A stretch of DNA of 63,048 nucleotides, filler included, from Octopus bimaculoides (taxonomy: Eukaryota), in assembly GCF_001194135.2 (NCBI RefSeq). It is 5 parts of 4 records of this genome, joined end to end, with 100 filler letters (N's around TTAATTAATTAA, not from the genome) between each part and the next. Parts side by side here need not be neighbours in the genome. Positions count along the whole stretch, not along the records: positions 46,857 to 58,091 come from NC_068986.1; positions 58,192 to 63,048 come from NC_069006.1; 3 more parts are not named here. The stretch is one strand, 5' to 3'. Both the position numbers and the translations under genes were made by a program. A model generated the notes under the pieces. It searched no databases and was not told the origin of the DNA. It worked only from the letters and a program-made list of their open reading frames with translations. Each line of letters begins with the position of its first letter. Position 1 is the stretch's first letter. Below, in pieces: positions 48,774-60,482 of this stretch.

Positions 48774-48965
48774 TTTGTCCCCCACCACCATTTGACAATC
48801 GATGTTGGTTTGTTTACACCGCCGTAACTTAGTGGTTCGGCATAAGAGACCGATAGAATAAGTACCAAGCTGAAAAAAAGAAGTTCTGGGGTCAATTCGT
48901 TCGACTAAAAATTCTTCAAGGCGGTGCCCCAGCATGGCTGCAGTCTAATGACTGCAACAAATAAA
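48774..48965 (+). mobile_element. SINE family B, 3' half
   Basis: tttgtccccc..ttgacaatcgatgttggtt..gagaccgatagaataagtacc..aaggcggtgccccagcatggctgcagtc. Confidence 0.8.
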
Positions 48966-50017
48966 CGATAACAGTTAAAAGTTTATATAGATAACAATAT
49001 TGGCCACAAGCCAATGTGATAATGCCTCTAAGTTGAAGCTGAGCCTGATCAATTAAGATAACATAGTCCTATATACCCCTAAAAATGACAGAATGGTCAT
49101 GGCTGCAGTGCCTTTGAATATGTATGCTCCATTAGGACAGTTCTGTGACCAATATTGTTGTTGTAAACGACAATATTGGTCACTATAGCAACTATTGGTC
49201 ACAATTGGTCACAATGGCAGCTATACCAGGAATAAGAAAACTGTAAGTGCTTGTTATATGAGCTATTGTTTTGCTAGAAACAATAAATAGATCTCATTTT
49301 AACCACTTCCTACAAATTGTAAAAAACAAAAACAAAAAAAAACAGGAAAGTATTAGGGCACATTGGATTATATATTCTTAGGTACATTAGGCCTAAATGA
49401 AAGACGAAACTTTCACTGCTGTGACACTTTTTGGCATAGGTCTGTTCGATCGGAGATAACAACGATAGTAACTCTTTCTTCTATAAGCACAAAGCTTGGA
49501 GGAGGGACCAAGTCAACTTACATCGACCACTAAGTTACAGAGATGTAAACAAACCAACACCGAATGTCAAATGGTGGTGGGGGACAAACAAACAACAGCG
49601 ACGACGAAGACGAGAGCAACAACAACACCAGCGACAGTAACAACAGCAACAACAACAACAACATCATCACCTGCAGCAGTAGCAGCAGCAGCAGCAGCAG
49701 TAGCATCATCAACAGCAACAACAGCAACTAATACTATTCTCTACAGTAATCGTCGTAGTCACTATTGTCGCTGTGCCAGTTATCTAATAATGGTCAACAA
49801 GGGAACTCCTACGAAGTAGCATGGTTTATTAAAAACAGCAATCAAATATCAACGAAACTATACCTTACCGTCTTATAAGAAAGTAAGGACTCACTGGATA
49901 ATTTAGATCATGACTGAATTTGTTTAAAAAGACGAGATAGTACGCTCCTAATTATTGGTCTGCTCTGTTAGGGCTAACATGGGATTACAAGGATAACAAA
50001 AGGATAACAACAAAAGT

Positions 50018-50227
50018 AATTCTTTCTTCTATATGCACAAAGCTTGGAGGAGGGAACAAATCAATTTACATCGACCCCAGTGCTCAACTATTACGTACTT
50101 TATCGACCTCATAAGGATGAAAAGTAAAGTCAACCTCGGCGGAATTTGAATCCAGATCGTAAGGACAGACGAAATCCTGCTAAGCATTTTGTCTGGTGTG
50201 CGAACAATTTTGCCAGTTCACTGCCTT
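50018..50227 (-). mobile_element. SINE family A
   Basis: catcgaccccagtgctcaact...gatgaaaagtaaagtcaacctcggcggaatttgaa...ttgccagttcactgcctt. Confidence 0.85.
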
Positions 50228-50346
50228 AATAAGAGTATTAATCCTTTCTCGTACTATAGGCAAGAGTCGAAATTTTGTTTTGTTGTAGGCTTCCTTTGTA
50301 CATTTCGCATATTCATGCAATGTCATTAGCAATTCAACATTGAATA

Positions 50347-50558
50347 CTCTCTTTTACTCTTTTACTTGTTTAAGTCATTTGACTGTGGCCATGCTGGAGT
50401 GCCGCCTTTAGTCGAGCTAATCGACCCCAGGACTTATTCTTTGGAAGCCTAGTACTTATTCTATCGGTCTCTCTTTGCCGAACCGCTAAGTGACGGGGAC
50501 GTAAACACACCAGCATCGGTTGTCAAGTGATGCTGGGGGGACAAGCACAGACACACAA

Positions 50559-50592
<34 letters not shown>

Positions 50593-50760
50593 ATATATAC
50601 GACGGGCTTCTTTCAGTTTCCGTCTACCAAATCCACTCACAAGGCTTTGGTTGGCCCGAGGCTATAGTAGAAGACACTTGCCAAAGGTGCCACGCAGTGG
50701 GACTGAACTCGGAACCATGTGGCTGGTAAGCAAGCTACTTACCACACAGCCACTCCTGTG
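50347..50760 (-). mobile_element. SINE family B, full length and young
   Basis: High similarity to 26089-26553; CpG-rich. Confidence 0.9.
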
Positions 50761-50864
50761 GAGGTAACTTATATGTCTGTGTTGAGTGTGTTCAGTATAT
50801 CGTCTGTTCATCCGTCCGTCTCCATCCATTATTTCGGGCATGACACTGTGACTATTTTTCATAG

Positions 50865-51155
50865 ATTTATTAGGAGTAACTTTACAATAAGGAGTGGAAC
50901 GTACAATTTCCTATAATTCAGATCGCCTCGTGGTCCCAGCAGACAAAATAGAAAGGGCGCTGCTCCGGAGGATGGTGAGGAAGATGCACTGGGACTGTCA
51001 CTCTGACTCACTCTGCTTTGCAGACAGCCATCTCCGCCCCGATAGTAATGAGTAGGGATGTGGTCCGGAGGCTAAGAACGCCGAAGGTCTCCACTGCCAC
51101 AGGATCGACCATAAACCTGTCAGAGAACAACCGATACCTAGAATTCAAGACCATA
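50865..51155 (-). mobile_element. 3' end of an RLE-type non-LTR retrotransposon (CRE-like), 5'-truncated
   Basis: The minus strand reads RYRLFSDRFMVDPVAVETFGVLSLRTTSLLITIG..MA-[fs]-ESE*QSQCIFLTILRSSALSILSAG. This matches the restriction-like endonuclease tail Y..L...F.P.AVET.G......QR....I.RGNA.SIL, followed by a short UTR with AATAAA. Confidence 0.7.
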
Positions 51156-51846
51156 GGTGAGTATATTGATAAAGCTTATGCTTGTTTTGCTTAACCCTAA
51201 AACGCCTATATCAAACAGAGGGGGAAAATATTGGTATGTTTATCACTAATTTAAATATTGATAAGTCTATTGTTAAGTAGTGTGAAAATGTTGCAACAAC
51301 CAACAGGTATCATAATTGCTTGCATACAGTAATGTTATTCGGAGGCACAAGGCGTCGAAGCATCAAAGTTTGTTGCTTCTTCGTATAGGCATTTGAAGCG
51401 TCAAAAATTATTAACAGGAATTATATAGAAAAATATTTTAGTAATAATTGAATGTTAATATAATCAACGGTATTCTAAGATACTTTCCAGAGATCGTATA
51501 GACTTGCATCATTCTTACAAATTTGTTATCTATAATGACAGAAACTTATCAAGAGAGGGTGCTATCATGTTACCTAGTGCACTCGCCCTCTTATCAAACC
51601 AATGAATATTTTTCTTGCAGCGATAATTATGTTAAAAAAATCTTTTAATAGTGCCATGCAAATAAGTTATCAATCATATCAACGACCATTATAGATTGTC
51701 AGGTAACCGAACCAATAAGTTGGTGATCTAAATTTGATGTCGTCTCGTTGTAGTTCAACGAACATTTAATTAGTTATGTTTATCTATTTTCTCCAAAATA
51801 ATAATAGTAATAATAATAATAATGATAATAATAATAATAATAATAA

Positions 51847-52060
51847 TCCTTTCTACTATAGGCACAAGGCCTGAAATTTGGGGGGAGGGAGATAGTCGAT
51901 CACATCGACCCCAGTGCGTACCTGGTACTTATTTCATCGACCAGAAAGGATGAAAGGCAAAGCCGACCTCGGCGGAATTTGAACTCAGAACGTAAAGACG
52001 GACGAAATACCGCTAAGCATTTTGCCCGGCGTGCTAACGGTTCCGCCAGCTCGCCGCCTT
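51847..52060 (-). mobile_element. Young SINE family A copy embedded in TAA/GAT microsatellites
   Basis: Minus: aaggcggcgagctggcggaaccgttagcacgccgggc...ctgagttcaaattccgccgagg...agaaaggattatt, with (AAT)n on both sides. Confidence 0.92.
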
Positions 52061-52088
52061 AATGATGATGATGATGATGATGATGATG

Positions 52089-52135
<47 letters not shown>

Positions 52136-52136
<1 letters not shown>

Positions 52137-52708
52137 GAGGAAGAGGCTTAATAGCAGTAGAAGAATGTGTAGAGATGGAAAGAAAAAGTTCAGTAGAATA
52201 TTTACAGAGCAACACAGAAAAACTACTAAAGGTAGTTAAGAAAGAACAGGTGATGAAGCACGTAATAGGTGAAAAGGACAAGAATGAAATACAAAGAGAG
52301 CACATCAGACAGATCGAAGAGAAACCTCTGCATGATCAATTTTGAAGAGCCACTCAAGGCGTATGTGGAACAAAATCCTTGGCTTGGTTAGAAAAGTGGG
52401 TATTAAAAACAAAAACAGAGCCTAATTGTAGCAGCCCAAGATCAAGCGACGAAAACAAACAACTTGAGAAAAAGTATGCATGGAAAGAATGTGTCGGGAA
52501 AATATAGAGCCTGTAGAACTTGGAATGAGATAGTGGCAGAATGCCCCAAGTTGGCACAGGAAAAATATAAGAAATGCAGGTACGACCAGATTATAAATGT
52601 TTTACACTGGAAACTGTGCAAGAAAAGGGGACTTGGAGCTGGAAACACATGGTACAGTCATCGAGTCGAAAGAGTAGTAGAGTCGGAGATATGTAAGATT
52701 TTGTGCTA
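52136..52708 (+). mobile_element. R4/Dong-clade LINE fragment (post-RT region and decayed CCHC), starting directly after (AAT)n
   Basis: RGRGLIAVEECV...EEKPLHDQF*R...AWLEKWVLKTKTE-[fs]-VAAQDQA...KYRACRTWNEIVAECPKLAQEKYKK.RYDQII..LHWKLCKK..WYSHRVERVVESEICKIL. These match the R4 motifs GGRGL, K.LHGQF, TE..I.AAQDQ, C.LA...Y..RH and KILWD. Confidence 0.8.
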
Positions 52709-52949
52709 ATCAAGGATAACCCACAAAACTTCGGTAAACTTGACCACCAAAAGAGAATGTTCTGGTTCGCAGGCGTATGGTAAGAGTTCGCCAGTCATTC
52801 TCACTTTTCAAAGAATTTATTGAGTCGGAGCACACCCTCTTAACCCTTATTTTCCACTCCAAATGGAACTTGGAAAAAGTTGACGAGTAATTGACCGAAA
52901 CGGAAAGTCTGTCTTCAGTTCATCTAGTTTCGACCATCGCACAACCTCT

Positions 52950-53760
52950 TTTACCACAACCATCCGAGAGAGGAAAACTGCAAGCCTTTCTCGGTCAAAG
53001 GAAGGCAGTGGTGTGATCTTCACGGTGGGCTCAGCTGATAAGACAAATTCTTTCTATTCGCGACTATAGCTATTCAGCAAAACTCTACAAGTCAGTAATG
53101 CTCAGACACTGGACGAGTGCGTGAAAAACATTGTCGTCGTTCTGCGCACATTTTGGAAAGGTCTAGTTGATAGCACTTCTGTGCCTGTAGAGTTTATCTC
53201 GAGCCGGCTGTCTCTCCCGACAGTAGTACCAGGCTAAGATTTCTGAGAATTATCTATAGTTTATGGGCTGAAGGTTCTCCTGTACAGTTCAGCCAGCTGA
53301 CTCTCAGCGACTCCTAGAGTTCCTCCAGGAAACGTCATCACTCTTTCCTACTAGTCCTTTATAGAACACCGACTCAGAAGTTCCCGTCTGGTAGAGGGCT
53401 GCAGGTGCCTGACATTTCAAATGTCAAGCGCCCAGTTTTGGTCTTTGTTTGACCTAGGATTGCAGCTCTTTCAAAGAAATGAGACGTGAAACGATATACC
53501 TGACAAAGGACGACTATATCTACACACCGTTTGAGGATCGTTCTTGACACTGCAGCTTCACTGCATCTCTGCGCATTTCCAGCCACGGCATGCCAAATCC
53601 TCCGCACAGATGTTGACAGCAGACGAGCCGCCTAAGCAATGAAACACGTCTCTTCCACAGGAAGCGAAAGAGCAGACGCTCCAGTCTGGTCAGACGAGAA
53701 ACAGCAAGGCACGACGGTCAAGCAGTAATAGATAACACACATTCCACTTGTCGGCTGGTG
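52950..53760 (-). mobile_element. Tx1/L1-clade LINE 3' ORF2 remnant
   Basis: The minus strand reads WKRRVSLLRRLVCCQHLCGGFGMPWLEMRRDAVKL (GG.GMP) and LAWYYCRERQPARDKLYRH..TFPKCAQNDDNVFHALVQC (decayed C-x2-C...H-x3-C knuckle). The UTR-like part probably extends to ~52710. Confidence 0.65.
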
Positions 53761-54967
53761 CAAGATCTGAAAAGTAAGGCACTTCAGTATAAAAGGATAT
53801 TGTAAAACCAGGTGTTATGTCGCTTAATGAGGAGGAAAAAAAACCAAAAAACTAACATTGAATGAGAAATCATTGCTAATTTGCTCTGTAACATTCATAC
53901 GTATTTTAGCAGGAAGGGGTGTCAGTGATGTCATTCACTGAAAAAAGTTAAAACTAGTAACTAAAACTGAGTATACTATACACGATGTAGTAGAAGGATT
54001 TAGGACCGAGGTGAAAGTATAAAAAGATGAGTCAAGGAATTGGTTAAGATAAAAAATCTGATGTAGAAATTCTGCTGGAATAACTGAATAGACACAAACG
54101 GAGAATGTCTGTGACAGTGGATCTTTTTGATTTGTATGTCCATTATCTTTTGCCTACGATATTGTTCACTGAAAGTGAGAGTTTTTACTGTTCCATACAT
54201 AACATAGCGAATTTCAGTCGCATAAATGTTAATATTTATTCAAAATTAATTTTTTTAAAACTGGAAAAGAAATCTGAATGTATTGAGCACATTTGATTCT
54301 TCAGACTTATTACCGACGACAGTTTGTTCTAGTAAAAAATAATGCACCTTCTTTGGTTTGTAAGTGATAATCAGAATCGGAGATATGCAATGATTACTTG
54401 GAGATGAGCGAAATTTGTATTGACATTGATAAGCATTTCTTGGTTCTGCAACATCATTGGCGTGCGTGGGAGAATTCTTTACAAATGGAAAATACTGTCA
54501 CAAATGATAAACACTAAAGCGTGGTCATCTGCTTTCAACCATATTAAAATATTCAATTATAGTTCTAAATTATTTTCATAAGCTAGTTAATCTTTCTAAC
54601 ATTGTATAAATGCTTTTGTATCGGTTTAAATAAAACACAGTTTACTAGCAAAATCCGATGATATATTTTTCTTGAATGATAATTATTTCAGTTCAGGTTT
54701 ATAATAAGTTTTATACTTCATTTTCATATTTTTTACTAACCACTAAGCATTTACGGAAATTTTTTTTGGTAGAGAAAAAGTTCTTTCACAATGGTCAATA
54801 GCATTACAATTTTATAAACTTATGGAAAATTGTGAAAATAATGCAAGAATTAAGATTAATAACGGTTTCATTAAAAAAAAATTGACTTTGATTTTCTTCA
54901 GGAACTCAATCCTAAATAATACGAAAAATTTACAGTTCCATGCAGAAGTAGCACTATAAAGTTGATC

Positions 54968-55175
54968 ACCGTATTTTTCGGCATACAGCTGACGCAATAT
55001 ATAGTGTAAACATGTAGTGTAAACATTCAAACATCGTCACTATCTTTCTGCATTTGACATGAAATTTTTGGTCATCCCAAATCGTTTTGTTGTATAAATT
55101 GACCGACCTTCTTGCGTTTTGAATTTTTGGTAAAAGAAAAAAAAAACTTGACTTGAAAGCCGGAAAATACGGTGG
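54968..55175. mobile_element. Small Tc2/pogo-like MITE
   Basis: caccgtatttttcggc ... gccggaaaatacggtg 16-bp inverted repeat with one mismatch; CCGTATTTT-type terminus. Confidence 0.45.
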
Positions 55176-55639
55176 TTGGTTTGTAGTATAGTGGGTAGAG
55201 GGTAGACAGATTGGATGAAAATGGTCAGACTGATTGCTTCAGATAGTTTACATTAAAACAAAACCTTCAGTGGAGATCTGTAATCGATCTGGTTCAGGAA
55301 TTCACCACAAAAATTTACCAAAAAATATATAATACTTTTTTTTTTTAAACTATCACCTATTTCAGATAAAATTGACTTACGTTTTGTTGGTCTTCAAAGT
55401 GGTCATAAATTTTATAAATAGATGGGGATAGGTGATAGTTATAAAAAAGTATTAATATGCTGCTCTCAAAACCAAGAAATTTCAGAGGTTCACAAATAAG
55501 GACGTAATTAAAAGAATCTGTGGTTGTTGTCGTTCAGTCTCAAATAAACGCTAATTGAACAAGATTATAATTAAAGATATTCACAATCCATTTAAAAGTA
55601 TGTCAAAGAAAAACAAAACAAAACAAAAGTAGATTAAAA

Positions 55640-55866
55640 GTATTCCACGAGCCGGTTTCCTTGATTCTGTGGCGTATATATTCCCCACTGGACTTGGACA
55701 CCGGTCCGTCGCAGGATTAGTCATTTTTGCTCGCTGATTGGACTGGTGCAACATGAAATGGAGTGTTTTGCTCAAGAACACAATGCATCGTCTGGTCTGG
55801 GAATCGAGGCCACATCCCTACGTTTATGAGTGCAACACCCTAACCACTAAGCCACGCACTGCCACT
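55640..55866 (-). mobile_element. tRNA-headed SINE family E
   Basis: Minus: gtggcagtgcgtggcttagtggttagggtg...ctcgattcccagacc...ttgtgttcttgagcaaaacact...cctgcgacggaccggtgtcc...gaaaccgg; A- and B-box-like motifs. One copy in this window. Confidence 0.6.
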
Positions 55867-56107
55867 TTAGAAGTATATAGGACTCCGTAATCCCATATAT
55901 ACTTTGCTTTCTAAGAAAGTTTTGACTGATATGATGGAAATTTGGTTGTTATTTCTACCAAGTAGAGCGATCACGTAGAGACTCCTTAATTGACTCCCTC
56001 ATTGGTCGCTCATATATATACACACACATGTGTGAGCGTCTGTGTACGTGTTCTGTGTGTGTATGTGCTTCTGTATGCATCGGTATGTGTGTATGTGCTT
56101 CTATATG

Positions 56108-56147
<40 letters not shown>

Positions 56148-56984
56148 TGTAAGTGCGTCTGTGTGTGTGTGTTGGTGTGTGGAGATAGAGTGTTTGTTAA
56201 TGTGTCAAGCTAGTGTTTGTTAATGTGTCAAGCTAATATTTGTATTTGCGTTTAAACCATTGGACAGTAGGTTTCCATGTTGGAGCCAATCAAACCAGCA
56301 ATTATACAATCATACATCTAGTTCCGTGCAAAGAGAAATTTTCTGCAAAACAAGTTGATGTTGTTCATATTAAATAATCTCTCATCGAAAAGTTAATTCC
56401 ACCTCAGGTTCTGACAATTTAATGGATTTTTCCACTAAAACGATATTTTGATATGTTATAACTTGTTTTGTTTTAAAATTAGTTTGCATTTTACTCTGTT
56501 TTAATACAAAAAATATTTGTACATTTTGTTGTTGTTTTTTTATATTTTTATTTTTAAGATTAAGATCCAACTGATTTTTAATATCAGTCAATTATTGCTT
56601 GAAGTTTTAGACATCTTAAGATATTTCTGTATAGTTTTATTTAGATATTTCACGACAATTTTCTTCAATATTTACTGATCTGTTTCATTGAATTTTTTCT
56701 CGTTTGTATTTTTTTCTGTTCATTTTTTCATTAAGAATTATTGAATGTTTTTTTTTATTTATTTAATATCATTTATCAGAACTGGCAAGGCACTGGATTG
56801 TAGAATAGCTAATAGGTTGATTTCACGACTAAAGAGTTCGTATCCAACAACTGGCGTTGTGCTGTTTTCCTCGGCATAGCACTTAACATATAAATATCTA
56901 GGTGTTTCTGGAAACATTTATCAGGCACTAAAATGTGTGTGTGTGTGTGTGTGAGTGACATATAGATACCACATATAGATACCA

Positions 56985-57390
56985 CACTGACTCTATTGAA
57001 TAGAGATCTCGAAAGCCTCCTGCAATGGAGATATGCCAGCCTGGATTCTTTCAACAAGGAAACACAAACGCTTCTCGTTTCAAGAAAACACCAACTCCTT
57101 ATGAACAGCACTCACTTAGAACCCTCAAAAATCTCTCCAATTATTGGATCACACTATCACTGAGGATGTCGCTTGGCAAAAGAACACTCTTGAACATAGC
57201 TAGGACAGCATCCCAACGACTGTCTCTTCTCTTCAGGGCTAGAAGTAGTGGCGTAGCTAATAGGGGAGCAACCGTTACAGGTAGTAAGGTTACAGGTAGT
57301 AAGGTTACAGGTAGTAAGGTTACAGGTAGTAAGGTTACAGGTAGTAACCAGCTACCCACATAAATCTTACCAGGAAAAAGACCAAACATG
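56985..57390 (+). mobile_element. Jockey/CR1-group LINE RT C-terminal fragment interrupted by an insert
   Basis: TLTLLNRDLESLLQW...SFN..TQTLLVSRKH..LLMNSTHLE...ITITEDVAW...IARTASQRLSLLFRARS, then after the insert YQEK.RPNM(E). Confidence 0.6.
57274..57348. repeat. 15-bp minisatellite (GTTACAGGTAGTAAG)x5
   Basis: Five units, identical except for the last base of the last unit. Confidence 0.97.
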
Positions 57391-57402
57391 AGTTTTGTTT
57401 CA

Positions 57403-57434
<32 letters not shown>

Positions 57435-57652
57435 TAATAATAATAATAATAATAATAATGATAAATTAGCAAGTGACATGCTCAACTGGTTAAGTCAAGT
57501 AGCTGACAAGCAAATTTGTGGTATTGTTCAGAATATTTGTTATAGCCCATCATTTATAGCAAAAGAAAACATGTACACGATAACACTTCTAATCAGAAGC
57601 CATGAGAACCAACAGGGCATTTATTATTATTATTATTATTGTTGTTGTTGTT

Positions 57653-57868
57653 AAGGTGGTGAGCTGGCAGAATCGGTATCACGCTGAACGAAATGCTTAG
57701 CGGTATTTCGCACGTCGCTACGTCCTCACTTTAAATTCCGCCGAGGTCGACTTTGCTCTTCATCCTTTTGGGGGTTGATAAATTGAGTACCAGTGAAACA
57801 CTGGGGTTGATGTAATCGACTAGCCCCACCCCTAAAAATTTCAGGCCTTGTGCCTTTAGTGGAGAGGA
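57653..57868 (+). mobile_element. SINE family A between (TTA/TTG)n tracts
   Basis: aaggtggtgagctggcagaatcgg...ccgccgaggtcgactttgc...gagaggattatcatcattattatt. Confidence 0.9.
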
Positions 57869-57874
57869 TTATCA

Positions 57875-57924
<50 letters not shown>

Positions 57925-58465
57925 GTTGTTCAGTAGTTTTATTTTTATAACGTGCTTTCATTTCACTACCGAGTGCAGGTCTATGTGCCTTGGGTATGTG
58001 CTGTGGTTTGCTGTGGTGCTCTTATGGTTACTGTATTGAAAGTGTTTTGCGTAGGATGTATGCAGTGCCCAGTAGTGCAATTTTCTGTATGNNNNNNNNN
58101 NNNNNNNNNNNNNNNNNNNNNNNNNNNNNNNNNNNTTAATTAATTAANNNNNNNNNNNNNNNNNNNNNNNNNNNNNNNNNNNNNNNNNNNNGGTAGGATA
58201 TTTCTAGGGAAGCCCTCAACCCGAATACGGAATACACCGTCGGGTTCTAGACCAATTCTTCAAGTGTAGAAAATCTTGCTTTCACGACAGTCACACCGTA
58301 ATGAGGGTTTGGCGAAAAGTAAATTACAATCCAAATAAGAAGGCAAAGAAATTCTTTAACACATCTTTAATGATTCGTTACAATTGTTTCTGTACCAAAT
58401 TTGCTTGCAACGCTAGTTTGCGCAAAACATTCGATGTGCAAATTTACGCAATGTTTTCAGTTTTA

Positions 58466-58672
58466 AAGGAGGCGAGCTGGCAGAAAGGTTAGCACGCCGG
58501 GCGAAATGCTTAGCGGTATTTCGTCTGTCCTTGGGTTTTGAGTTCCGCCGAGGTCGACTTTGCCTTTCATCCTTCGGGGTCGATAAATTAAGTACCAGTT
58601 ACGTACTGGGGTCGATCTAATCGACTGGCCCCGTCCCCCAAAATTTCGGGCTTTGTTCCTTGAGTAGAAAAG
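58466..58672 (+). mobile_element. SINE family A (young)
   Basis: aaggaggcgagctggcagaaaggttagcacgccgggcgaaatgcttagcgg...gggtcgataaattaagtaccag. Confidence 0.9.
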
Positions 58673-58858
58673 CATATTTGCGGTTTCAAGCATTTGAGAG
58701 GCGCGTCATCAGACTTGCATGAAAGGTGTCCTCTCACACCGTGCGTCTTACTTTTGTCTTGACTTTTTTAATTATTAAACGTAATACATTATATAATTAC
58801 CCTAATCACTCGACTCTCAGTCTCTTTCATAGGGTTGTTAGTAATGTATCACTTTTTT

Positions 58859-59012
58859 TCTTTTACTCTTTTATTTGTTTCAGTTATTTGACTGCGGCCA
58901 TGCTTGAGCACCGCCTTTACTCGAACAAATCGCCCCCATAACATATTCTTTGTGCGCCTAGTACTTATTCTGCTAAGTTATGGGGAGGTAGATACCAGCA
59001 AACACAGACACA

Positions 59013-59054
<42 letters not shown>

Positions 59055-59668
59055 NNNNNNNNNNNNNNNNNNNNNNNNNNNNNNNNNNNNNNNNNNNNNN
59101 NNNNNNNNNNNNNNNNNNNNNNNNNNNNNNNNNNNNNNNNNNNNNNNNNNNNNNNNNNNNNNNNNNNNNNNNNNNNNNNNNNNNNNNNNNNNNNNNNNNN
59201 NNNNNNNNNNNNNNNNNNNNNNNNNNNNNNNNNNNNNNNNNNNNNNNNNNNNNNNNNNNNNNNNNNNNNNNNNNNNNNNNNNNNNNNNNNNNNNNNNNNN
59301 NNNNNNNNNNNNNNNNNNNNNNNNNNNNNNNNNNNNNNNNNNNNNNNNNNNNNNNNNNNNNNNNNNNNNNNNNNNNNNNNNNNNNNNNNNNNNNNNNNNN
59401 NNNNNNNNNNNNNNNNNNNNNNNNNNNNNNNNNNNNNNNNNNNNNNNNNNNNNNNNNNNNNNNNNNNNNNNNNNNNNNNNNNNNNNNNNNNNNNNNNNNN
59501 NNNNNNNNNNNNNNNNNNNATATATGACGGGCGTCTTTACAGTTTCCGTCTCCCAAATGCTTTGGTCAGCCTGAGGTTATAGTAGAAGACACCTGCCAAA
59601 GGTATCACGCAGTGGGACTGAACCTGGAGCCATGTGGTTCGGAAGCAAGCTTCTTCTTTAACAGCCAC
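58859..59668 (-). mobile_element. SINE family B spanning a gap in its central microsatellite
   Basis: The 3' half at 58859-59054 and the 5' half at 59520-59668 are in matching orientation. Confidence 0.8.
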
Positions 59669-60381
59669 ACGTATTAATTTTCAACTTTACATCTTATTTT
59701 TTCATTTATTTATTTTTTATTCATAGTATCTCTATTTTGTTTTTCTATATATTTCCTATTTTCTGTATTTTTCTATATATCTTCAATTCACCTAAGCCAC
59801 ATTTGGTCTAACACCTTATTCATATATGGCAATTTCTGTCTGTTAATCTGTTTGTTACCATTTTGCTGCCTGCACCAGTGAACCAATCTTGAAACTTTGC
59901 ATACATGTTAAACTAACATCCAGTTAAATGCTAACTAGATTTTAATAAAAATCTATAACGGGCCTCCTAGGAGGGTTGGGCTCTTAATTGATAAAATGAG
60001 AAGGGTGCAAATAGTGTTAGTGTGTGGAAAATGTGGTGGCATAGTGAATGTGGCTGATACCAGGGCAGGGGAGTACAGTGTTGTGTAAGCAACAAATATG
60101 GAGTGGCAGTGGGATGTACCGTTAATACAGCAGTCATTCACGGATATTCACGCGACGCTAAGTGCATACTTAGGTAAATACATTGATACATGCGCGCACA
60201 CAAACATACATACACACAAACACAAACACAGACTACACACACATGCACATACGCATAACTAACTTTTAAGACGCTGAAGAAGGGAAAGAAAGGTGGATGT
60301 GAGGAATACGTAACTTTAAGGAGAGAGCGGGGTAGGTGGCTTTTCTGCTGTCCACCGCAAAGAAACACTCTCTCACACACA

Positions 60382-60439
<58 letters not shown>

Positions 60440-60449
60440 CGTACATACA

Positions 60450-60482
<33 letters not shown>

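Noticed and set aside
52880-52901. TTGACGAG..GACCGAAAC hammerhead-like string
   Set aside because: It falls inside the Tx1-like LINE remnant, and stems I and III and the NUH triplet cannot be formed.
57274-57348. CRISPR-like array (also the ~21-bp subrepeats at 310-420 and 16318-16432)
   Set aside because: These are head-to-tail tandem repeats with no unique spacers, in a eukaryotic context with no cas genes.
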